Position numbers and translations under genes: made by a program. 64,000 bases of DNA from Raillietiella orientalis (taxonomy: Eukaryota), in NCBI GenBank assembly GCA_036172245.1, contig JAYWIR010000049.1:1-64000 (forward strand), written 5' to 3'. Shown piece after piece: positions 25,127-35,320 of this stretch. Every line of letters starts with the position of its first letter. Within the stretch, counting starts at the first letter, position 1. The notes beneath the pieces are model-generated. The model worked only from the letters and a program-made list of their open reading frames with translations. It did not search any database and was not told the origin of the DNA.

Positions 25127-26880
25127 ATGGCAGCGATGCCTGAGGACACCACGATGGAGGTAGGTGTGGGGGAGGCTTGCCCACCCCCACAGCCTACAGA
25201 ATCAGGGGCGTCCGCCCCGGAATCGCCCTCGCCGCTCAAGGCGAGGAGCTGGAGCGCCATGGTGGCCGCGCCGAGCGCGGAAACCATGGCCGAGATGGCG
25301 GCCTACCGGGCAGCTGGGTACAAGCCCAGCTTGGTTTACCAGGTAGGCAATCTCTTTGACGGGCGAACTGCACGCGCTTTTTCGAAAGCGCTGCAAAACG
25401 CCAACGTGTTGGAAAAGGACCTTGACGGTCTATCCGTGCTAAGCGGGGGTCAGCGCGTTGAGGTTGTCTGCAAGGACATCACCTTGGCGCAAAGCTTGAT
25501 AACCACCCCGCTGAACGTGGACGGACGCAAGATCCTACCAGTCACGATGGACCGCTCCGTAGTGGTCCATCTGACAGGGATCACCAGCCGCATAACGCGG
25601 TCTGCGGTTGGTGATCAGTTAAGAAAGCACGGGGATGTTCACGCGCTTTGGCCAAAGGCCACAATCTTCGATGGCTACGATAGCCTTTTCGGAGGGCAGG
25701 CCGCCGCGCGCGTGACGGTGAACGAGAGTGGGCTTCCCCACAAACTAGAGGAAAATGGCGAAGTCGTAGACCTCTGGTACGTGGGGAAACCCCGCTTTTG
25801 TGGCTACTGCAATGCAGTAGGACACTTGCGCAAGCGGTGCCCGAACATTGTGTGCCACTTATGCGGGGAGAAGGCCACGTACTCTGCGTATGCCCTAAAC
25901 GCCCCACTCCAGTGCCGCCTGCTGCAAAGAAAGCACAGTCAAAACGCGGTAAACTGGTCGAAAGACCAAAAAGAGATACTGGCCGGCAGCAGCCGCTAGC
26001 CCCTGTTCCTCCCACACAGGCGTCGGAAGAAAAACCCTCCGAAGACGCGGGAGTCCAAGACGGCTGGCAGCTGGTCAAGGCCAGGAAGGAGAAAAAGGTG
26101 CACCCCGCGGAACCCGCGAAAGCGGTAAAAAAGACTGCCGGCAAGGCGAAAAAACCTGGGCCGCGTTCTAAGACCATGCGGGAATGTACGGTAGCACTGG
26201 AGCGCATAGCCGTTCCCGAGATTGCCACCCGGGGCGACGAGCCTTCCCTCGCCGTTTCCACCGCGCCCGAGGTTCGCGACGACGAACCCTCTGTTTACAC
26301 AGAGGGTGAGCCGCGCGACGCGCCGGTCGACACTGCGGACGCCGCGTTCGCAAAGGCGGCGGAGGAGCTCGCGGCCACGCTGGCGGAGCGTGAGAACCCC
26401 TCACGCAAGGCCGTGCGAAGGCCGGCTCCCGCGAAAAAGGCCCCCACAGGTGAGTCGGACCTAGGGGCCGGAAGTGCATCCTCCTCCTCGGAGGCACCCC
26501 CCAGGAAGTCGGGACGCAAGTCCCAGAAACCCAGGACGCGCCTCCCCTCCACCAGCGAGGAGGAGAAGCAGGAAGGTAGCGGTAGCGTGGGAATCCCGGA
26601 GGGGGAACTCCCACGCTCGGAAGCCGTCGAGCCGGCCACCCCCATGGAGGAGGGTGAGCAGGGGGGCGAAGCCCTCCCTGCAGTCGCCGAGCCTGAACAG
26701 CCCGCCCCCATGGAGGAGGGCCAACAGGTAGGCGCGACCCCACTTAAGGGTGACCCCCTCGACGCGCCGTTACCCATGGAGGAGGGGGACCAGGTGCACG
26801 CAGCGCCTGACCCTTCTCCTCCACCTAGCGTCCCGCCCCAACAGGTGGCGGACGCCGCATCGCCATCTTCCCAGGAATAA
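25127..26880 (+). pseudogene. G1 ORF1, gag-like nucleic-acid-binding protein (one frameshift near 25870)
   Basis: CGYCNAVGHLRKRC, CHLCGE..GHVLCVC; GWQLV; ECTVALERI; three PMEEG repeats. Confidence 0.88.
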
Positions 26881-29800
26881 CACCTGGGCTCGCCAGTCGC
26901 CGTCGGATTCGCGACGCCTGTTGGAACGTCAACGGGCTGCGCGACGACGGTAACAGGCGAGATACGGCCGACACCCTGCGTGAGCTCGACCTGGCCCTGC
27001 TGCAGGAGATCCACGTGATCACCGCGGCAGACGCCCAAGAGATCGAGACGATCGCGGGGGGTCGGCTGTATTGGCGGTGCGGCCTCCGCAACACCTGCGG
27101 GGTCGCGTTCTTCGTGAAGCCGGCCATCGACGCGGCCGTGAAGGGCGTGCGCTTCGATGACGACGTTCGGGTCGGTCAGCTGATTCTCAGCTGGTCCGAC
27201 TCGATCGAATTGATCGTCACGAATGTGTACGCCCCCAGCGGTAAACAGGGATACAGCGACCGTAACAGGCTGCTGGATTCCCTGAAGCGCGACTGGCTGG
27301 CGGACACGAACGTGCGGAAGGCTCACCTGATAGCGGGAGATTTCAATCTCCGTCTGGTAACAGGTGAGCCAGAAACACAAGAGAACGCGATGAACGAGTT
27401 GTGCGCCGCCATGCGTGCGCGCAACTTGTTCGCGGGTGAGAGGGGAATGGTCCGCAGCATCGACCACGTCTTCCTCGACGCTGACCTGTGTTCACGGGTC
27501 GGCAAACGGGGGAGAGTTGCGTCGACGTTGTCGGACCATTCCCGGTTAATTTTCGAGATGCGGCCTCGTGACAAGGGACCGCCATCCAGGGATTGGCGTC
27601 TGCCGGGGGACTGGACGCGACTCTCAGGTGCGAAGGAATACCTTCGCGAATACCTGAGAGGTGTCACGCTCCGGAATCTCAAGGACTGGGACCTTTTTAA
27701 GGAATCGGTCCGCGAGTTCTGTGAGCAGTTCCCCCTGGATCGCCTGCCCCCCGGATTCGGCGAGGGTGCTCGCAACCATCGGGCCTATTTACAGGCTCGT
27801 AGGTACGAGAGAACCCCAAATGTCCGTCGCCTGGCCGAGTACCGCGCCGGGGCCGAACGCCAAGCCTGGCAATCCGGGTCGGCCAGCTTGCTGGACGACC
27901 AGGGCCGGGAATGTTCGTCCCCGGCGTCAATACGGCATCTCGTGCGGAGTTTCTATTCCTCCCTTTACGTCAGGCAGCCCCCGGATCGAAACGCCTCTCG
28001 GCGCTTGCTTCCGGATGGCGCCCCGGCAATAGGGGAGGAGGAGATGGAAAGCCTCGACGAGCCTTTTACCACCGGCGAAATTCTCGCCGGTATCAAAAGG
28101 CTCAAGAGGCGTAAAGCTCCAGGGGAAGACGGCTTGCCCGCGGAGTTCTTTCAGAGCTTCGCGGAAGAGCTGGCACCCCTGCTGCTTAAGTTGATCAGGC
28201 TGATCCGAGACGAAGGCGATGTTCCCGCCTCGTTTCGGTCAGCCAGAGTGAGGCTCCTGCCAAAAGGGGGAGACCTTAGGAATTTGAACAACTGGCGTCC
28301 GATCACGATTGTGAATACGAACGCCAAGTTGATCGCAGGGCTATGGGCTTCGCGTCTGGGGCAGGTGGCAGAATCCGTAATTAGCCCGGAGCAGACTTAT
28401 GCTGTTCCCGGGCGAAGTATGGATGCCAACCTCTTCTTCGCAAGCACATGGGTGCACCTGCAGAGAAGAGAGAAGAAAGGGATAGGGAAAGTCGTCAACC
28501 CCACATTGGGGCCGCCAGCCGGGCTGGGAAGGGACCCCCGGGCGGGGAAGGGGGCCCTAGCGCTCGCAGTCGATCTCCACAAGGCGTTCGACTGTGTAGA
28601 CCAGGAACTACTCTTGGAGCTCCTGGGTCGCATGGGCTTTCCACCCTCCCTGATTTCCTACCTGCGCTCTTGCTGGCGGAATGCGATAATTACCGTCTCT
28701 TTCAGCGGTCAAAGGTGTATGGCGTGCCGGTGCGGCGGGGCATAAGGCAGGGAGATAGCCTCAGCCCCCTGCTCTTCAGCACCTACTTTGAGTTGGTGCT
28801 GAGAGCGTACAGGGTGACTTTGGCCCCATTGCCGAGCTCGTGCCCCGGCACGCCCGCCGTAGCAGCGTACGCCGACGATCTTCTGCTTTTGTTGCCGATG
28901 TCCACCCCGGCAAAGGCGGTCGGAGACTTCTTCGATCTGCTCAGCCGCGGGACCGGACTGCAGGTTAACAGGGCGAAGTCGTCGGTTGTGCCAAAAGGTG
29001 CGGCGTGGGCAGGGCAGCAGGACTGGGTCCGTCTGGGGATCCCCACGGCGAGGTGCTTCAAGTACCTTGGTGTGCCGTTGGGGGACTACTCCCCTGCGGA
29101 AGCGTGGTCCAGCTGCCTCCAAAAGTCGAGACGGCGATCGGCCCGTTCCTGGAAGGCAAGTTTCACTTGCCGGAACGGGCCGCGGTTTGGAACGCCTTCG
29201 CGGCCCCCATCCTCCGCCCCTTGCTTTGTGTTTGCCCCCCCACCGTGGAATCCAAGAAGAGGACGAAGGACCTCCTCCGTATCGCCCTTTGGGGCAAGGG
29301 GAGGCCCCGAGTCCCACTGAAGGACTTGTGCGCTCCGCGTCGGGACGGCGGTCTTGGCCTCCTGACGCTGGAGCGCGTGGAAAAGCAGCTGCGGTGGCGA
29401 ACCCTTGCCATCGCAGCGAAGATGTGGAGCACCCCTTGGTGCACTCCGGCCCGCCTCCTGGCCAGCCGTGTGTCCCGGTGCGATGGACTCGCGTCTTTTC
29501 TTCTGAGCCGTGGCCGGAAGTTGCGAAGATGCGGCCTACTGCTCGGGCGCATGGCAACATTGGCCAAGGAGAACAGCTGGATGGTGTGCTGCCCCGCCAA
29601 CTCCCCCGCCTGGCTGGAGGAGAATATTGGAACGTGGGCAGTAGTCAACCAGAGAAGCCACGAGACGTGGAATCGTCTCCGATGCAGCCCCTACGCCCGC
29701 TGCACGCTGCGGAATCTCCTGGAGTGTCCAGCAAGATGCACGTGGGCAGAGACGACCTGCCTAGCCACGGCGCTACCCTTCCTAAGGAGGGCACTTCACA

Positions 29801-30474
29801 GCACCCGGACGCCAAGGTGGCAAGTCTCCTGCTGCATCGAGGGACGGGAGAAGTTGATCAGCGGCTGGACAACAGGAGAACTGGCCGACGCCTCGACCCC
29901 GAGCGTCCAGCCGCGAGGATTATTAAGATGGGGCGAGCTGCTCGCCATCCCCAGGGATGAGCTGAAGTGGCCCCCGGTGATGAAGGAATCCAGGATCCTG
30001 CCCCTGAAGTGGCAAGAGTCGGCGTTGCTTTTGTTGCACTGGGGTCTACCCTGCAACGCGCGCCGCTTCCACTGGACGAGGGGAGCTGTGGATCCTGCGT
30101 GTGCCAGGTGCGGGGAGCGGGAGTCGCTTCCCCCCCGTATTGTGGATTGTGCTGCCCTCCGACCCCTTTGGGAACGGTTCGGGACGACCCTCGGGCTCCC
30201 TACGGGCAGCACCCCCAGAGACGTTCTTCGGCCCCTCTTCGTGAAGGACGCACTGCAGCCAGCCGCAGCCATCGCAGCCTTGTGCTGCGTCCGAGGCATC
30301 TTGGGGGCATGGAGCGACGACAACAACGAAGGAGTGGGTCCACAGGCGAGGGATTTCATCCCGTATGCCAAACGCTTCTTGCGAAGAGCTGCCGGATGGC
30401 CCCAACTGGGGAATATGCAGGCTGACCTCGAGGGCTTCGTTCGACGGATGGGCCCTCCCCACAGCGACCAGTGA
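26880..30474 (+). pseudogene. G1 ORF2: APE endonuclease, reverse transcriptase and CCHC (frameshifts near 28710 and 29120)
   Basis: ORFs 27015-28745, 28448-29320 and 29005-30474 join into EN (GDFN, IDH, SDH), RT (DLHKAFD, QGDSLSP, YADD, KYLG) and CARCGERES. Confidence 0.93.
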
Positions 30475-30550
30475 TCCCTTCCCTGCCCTCCAACTTCTTT
30501 TTGTTTGTTTCTTTTGATTTAACTTTTTGTCTCATCCCCATCCCCCTTCG

Positions 30551-30679
30551 CTGTCGGGGAGTGCCACGCCGGGCTGCGTCCCGGTGTCCCGACAGGTCCT
30601 GTGTCTACGGCCGTGGTGGGGCCTTGTACCACGCATGTAAAGTTTATCAATAAACGCCCCGGGCGTACCCGGGTGGCAA
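30551..30679 (+). other. Structured 3' UTR of G1: CTGCGT-loop hairpin, second hairpin, AATAAA and terminal cccggg-cgta-cccggg stem-loop
   Basis: Inverted repeats are visible, and homologues with compensatory changes occur at other element ends. Confidence 0.8.
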
Positions 30680-32062
30680 CGCCGAAACCTGGAGGGAGAC
30701 GGTTTAGGGGAAACTGGTCGCAGAAGTCGCGGGCTGAGCTCTTCAAGTCGTCGCAGTCCGCGAGCGACTGCAGATGGAAGCCTTGCAGGAACGAGCGAAG
30801 ATGTTGCGCTGCTCCTGCGAAGCGCAACCAGTCCCCTGGCAAACGCCACGCTGTGGAGGGTGGAGCTCTACCGCACGGGTGTATTTCTAGCACGAGCCGG
30901 CGATGGTCGGAAAGTTCGGATGGCACTGCCCCTCGATTTCCAACCCGCGAACACAGGTGGTTGTCGAGGAACATGTGGTCGATCCTCGTCTCCGTCCCGG
31001 CGTCACCGGCCAACAAGTTGCGCGCGTGCATGGCAGCGCACATCTCGTTGACCAGCTGTGCGTGAATGTCGGGCGCACCTGCCAGCAGGCGGACGTTAAA
31101 GTCCCCGGCAATGAGGTGCGCCTTTCGCATGTCTGCTTCGGCCAGCCAATCTCGCCGCAGGCCTTCGAAGAACGCAGTGCGTTCCCCGCGCCTGTGGCTC
31201 GTGCCGGGCGCGTACACGTTGGTCACGACGAGGTCGATCGCGTCGGACCACTTGGCAACAACCTGCCCGATTTGACCTTCCCCGTCGAAGTGCACGTCGC
31301 GCAGCGCATTAACGACGGCTGGTTTCAGCATGAAAGCCACACCACTGGTGTGGTCTCTCCCGTTTTGGTATACGAGATGCCCGCCTGCGATCGGTTCGAT
31401 TTCCTGGGCCTCCCCTGCGTGGAGAACGTGCGTCTCCTGCAGAAGCGCCAGGTCGAAGTCCCGCAGGCTGGCGGCCACTTCTCTCCTCTTGCCGTCGTCG
31501 CGCAACCCGTTGACGTTACAACAGATTACGCGCAGTCGCCGGCAGGAGGAGAGTCCACGCGTTGGTGTGTTTATTGTGCTTGCTTACCGTCCTCCACCTG
31601 CTGTTCAGCAGGCGGGAGTTGTGTATCCATTGCGACGGGCTGTTGCTCGCAAGGAGGCGGTCCGTCGGTGGTTGTGGTGGTGGTTGGAGGATCCTGCTTG
31701 GCCAGGGACGTCTCCGGCGAGGAGTCGCGAGACCTCGCGGACATCGCCTCCCCGTCGTCGTGGTCCGACCGCATTTCCTCCTCCGCCGGTGGAGGTGCGG
31801 AGCGCCGCGGGTTGCCTACCGTGCGGCCCGCTTTGCGCTTCGGGAGAGCGATAGCCGGAGCCTTGCCGGCTTCGGCTTCGGACTCGGAAGTCTCCGGTCC
31901 TTTCGCCTCAGCCGGACGCCTCAAGGCCTTCTTCAGGGCCTTGGGAGGCTGCTGGAGCATGGCTGCCAACTCTTCCGCCGCCTTGTTGAAGTCCCGGTCG
32001 TCGCTGCTCACGCTGGGCTCGCGACTTTGTCGCGGCGTCGGCGTTCGCGCGGCGGCGGCTTG
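30680..32062 (-). mobile_element. Element E2, middle segment: ORF1 C-terminus plus EN
   Basis: LQETH, NVYAP, AGDFN, RIDH, SDH; joins 34097 through TSD ggcggcggcttg. Confidence 0.88.
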
Positions 32063-34096
32063 TTCACACCCGGATGTGCCGGGGCATTTATTTCTTAGAA
32101 ATAAAATAACAGGAAAAATGTCGCGTGGCGAACCCGAAGGTTCACCACTCCGAAACAGCTTGCTGGTTACCGGCTCCGTGCCGGAGAGGTCTTTCCGATG
32201 CGCGGGGATGGGAAATAAAGAAAAACAAAAAGAAACAAAAAGTTCAAATGTGGGGGGGAACAAATGTTGTAGGGGTGGGAGGGCGGGGAAGGGATCACGG
32301 TGCGCGTGGAGAGGTCCTCTAGATCCTATTCAGTATCCGCACAAGCTGAGTCCTTTCAGCGCCCAAGTGGCGCCACTTGCAGACACTTCGCGCGAAAACG
32401 CGAGTCCAGTGTAAGGCGTTGCCGGTTGGCTGACGCCTTCTTCTGATGGCGTTCCAAGCCGCCACTATTCCTCTGATGCAGCAGAGGACTGCTACACTAG
32501 CGGGCGGGGACAAGGCGTCACTACAGAAGAGGCGCCTGAAAACGTCCTTTGGGCCGCATCCGCGCAAGTCCAGGATCGCCGCGAGACGATCCCAGAAAGG
32601 GCGGATGGCACTGCACTCGATGAGAAGGTGGGGGAAGGTCTCTTTTTCCCCGCAACGGTCACAATAAGGATCCACAGCCCCCCGGGTTGTGTGATGAAGG
32701 CGTGCTTTGAATGGAAGTCCCCAGAAAACCACAAGCAACGCCACATCCTGCCATTTCAGGGGGAGGGATGCGCTGTTCCAGGACGCTGGGGGCCACTTCA
32801 TCTCCTCCGGAGATAGTCCGAGTAGCTCGCCCCAGCGTCGAATTCCGTTGGGCGGGACACTCGGCGTCGCAGCGTCAGCTAGCTGCCGAGATGTCCACGC
32901 CTTTATCGATTGTGTCCTGCCGCCTATAGTGCAGGACACGGTTTATTTTCCCTGCTCGCTACTGTCCCTGGCATTCACAAGGAAGGGCAGCACTGGGGCG
33001 AGGAAGGTTATCAAGGCCCACAGAAGCTTGTCGTGGGACTGCACGATCTCCTGCAGCGTCCAGCGGGCGTGCCTTTTCATACAAGTGTTCCTTGTGCCCG
33101 CCGGAACGTGGATCTTTACCCAGGTGGAGACTGACTCGTGCAACCAGGCGGAGTAGTTCCTTGGGAGGCAGGAGATCCAGGCGTTCTCCCGAACCGCAAC
33201 AAAGATGCGTCGCAGCATAGAGCCACAGTATGATCTCCTGCAGACGCGCGCAGACAGAAACGACAAAAGTCCGCCGATTCCGCAGGCTCGTTGGGCCAGC
33301 AGGCGTGCTGGAACGCACCAAGGCGTGTCCGACAATTCTGCCGCAAGGGCGAGAGTCCTGAATCGAAGTTGTATTTCGATGCGCTCCAGCGTAAGTAAGC
33401 CAAGTCCACCGTCCTTACGTGGAGCGCACAAGTCTTTGAGCCTCACACGGGACCTCCCTTTGCCCCAAAGGACTGTGCTCAGGAGGCCCGCTGCTCGTTT
33501 CCGAATAAAATAAGGGGCGGGGCAAACAAAAAGTAGGGGGTGAAGGAGGGGAGCCGCAAACGCGTTCCACACCGCGGCCCGTTCCTGCAAGTAGAACCTG
33601 CCTTCTTGGAACGGAACGATCGCCAACGCTGCCTTTTGGAGACAGTCGGACCAGGCTTCTGCTGCGCAGAAGTCCCCCAACGGTACGCCGAGGTACTTGA
33701 AGCACCTGCCCGTGGGGATCCCCAAGCGGATCCAGTCCGACCGTCCAGCCCACGCCGAACCGACGAAGACCATGGACGACTTCGCCCTGTTCACCTCCAG
33801 GCCCGTCCCGCGGCGCAGCAACTCGACGAAGTCCTCGAGTGCACTCGCCGGGGTGGACCCGGGAAGCAGCAGCAGAAGATCGTCTGCATAGGCCGACACG
33901 GCAGGCGTGCCGGCACACGAGCTCGGCAGGGTTGCCAGAGTTACCCTGTATGCCGTCAGCACCAACTCGAAGTAGATGCTGAAGAGCAAGGGGCTCAGGC
34001 TGTCACCCTGCCGGATGCCGCGGCGTACGGGCACGCCGTACACGTGCCGGCCGCTGAAACCGATATTGATTGACGCGTTGCGCCAGCAGGAGCGCA
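32063..34096 (-). mobile_element. Element F: 5'-truncated insertion (RT 3' half, CCHC, 3' UTR) with a 12-bp TSD
   Basis: ggcggcggcttg at 32051-32062 and 34097-34108; QGDSLSP, YADD; CDRCGEKETFPHLLIEC. Confidence 0.93.
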
Positions 34097-35320
34097 GGCG
34101 GCGGCTTGAACAGCTGGCGTGACGTCACGTCGCATCGATCCGTCAGCGGAGCGAGTATCGATCGCCGGCACGCGTTTGATGGCCACGCTGCACGCTCTGA
34201 TTGTTGGGCGTGGCGCGACCTTCCCCTTGCCCTTCACCACTTTCGCCGGTGCGGGCGCGGTTTTTTTAACGATTTTTACTTTACGGGTGACCAGCTGCCA
34301 GCCTTCCTCGTCGGCAGTCTTTTCCGGGAGCTCCTGTACCGAGTCCCTTTCCTGCTGCGTGACTTTTGTCGGAGCCGACGGCTGATCCCCTTTTGTGGGG
34401 TGTATCACTATTTTTGCCTTCCCTTCCTTCTTTTGAGGAAGTTCCGGCGTTGGAGCGACGTTCATCGGGCACACCACTTTGGTGTGGCCCTTCGCGCCGC
34501 ACGTTGGGCAAACCGCGTCCGGGCACCGCTTTTTCAAATGCCCGAACGACTTACAGTTTCCACAAAATTTAGGTTTCCCCACAAACCAAATGTCGACGAA
34601 CTCGTCGCCAATTTGGAGCTTGTGGGGAAGCTGTACGCTTTCTCGAAGCGTCACGCGCGCGCCTACTCGCCCACTAAATGCACCGTTCACTCCGAAGGTG
34701 TTGGGCTTTCTCCACATCGCGAAAACGCTTGCGTATTTTTCCAGTTCAGCGCGGATGGCGTTCTCATCCATCCGCACTGTTGTCCCGGTTAGGTGGACCA
34801 CAATGGAGTGGTCCACCGTGTGTGGGAGTAAATTCCTGCCCTCAAATTGTACGGGCGTGCAGAGCATCTTGTGGGTAAGAGCTGCATCCTTGCAGATGAG
34901 CTCCGCCAACTGCCCTCCGCTCCGTATAGAGAGGCAAAGAATTTCATGGTCGGCAATGCTTATCTTTTTGATGGCATTGCCGAACTTTCTCGCCCTTAAC
35001 GGGGAATATAAATTGCCTACCTTGTACAGGAGGTCCGGATTGTAGCCCTCCTGGATGTACGATTGGATTTCGGCGGCGAAATCGGGCGTTTCCGCCGCTG
35101 CCACCGCGCTCCAGGCCCTCGCCGTAGTGGCGGGTTCAGAAGAAGTGGTGGGGCGTGATCCCACCTCCTTTGGCTTGGGAGACGCGGTCTTCCCGCCTCC
35201 CTCACCTGAAAATGCGGCGTTCACAGGCATTTCTGCCTGTCAACGGCCGCGAAACTCACACGAAACACCAGAAAAGAAAAACTCCTTATCCACGGAGCGC
35301 ACAACAAGTGCGTCCGCCGT
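34097..35320 (-). mobile_element. Element E2, 5' segment: 5' end plus open ORF1 N-terminus (ATG at 35230)
   Basis: CGNCKSFGHLKKRC and CPTCGAKGHTKVVC knuckles; ACGGCGGACGCA start. Confidence 0.92.

Larger units (their letters stand above)
25040..30679 (+). mobile_element. Element G1: uninterrupted full-length copy, about 5.64 kb
   Basis: TGGACGTG 5' end, ORF1, ORF2, structured 3' UTR and AATAAA-hairpin end; splits the E2 ORF2 at ..GFG. Confidence 0.95.

Noticed and set aside
25040..25130. HDV-like ribozyme defining the 5' ends
   Set aside because: I could not build a convincing P1-P4 nested pseudoknot by eye. It is not excluded without a descriptor search.
30903..32414. Long antisense or alternative-frame ORFs (also 52440-53834, 12150-13547, 26295-27467)
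   Set aside because: They are shadows of GC-rich coding sequence, often cross element junctions, and contain no independent motifs.
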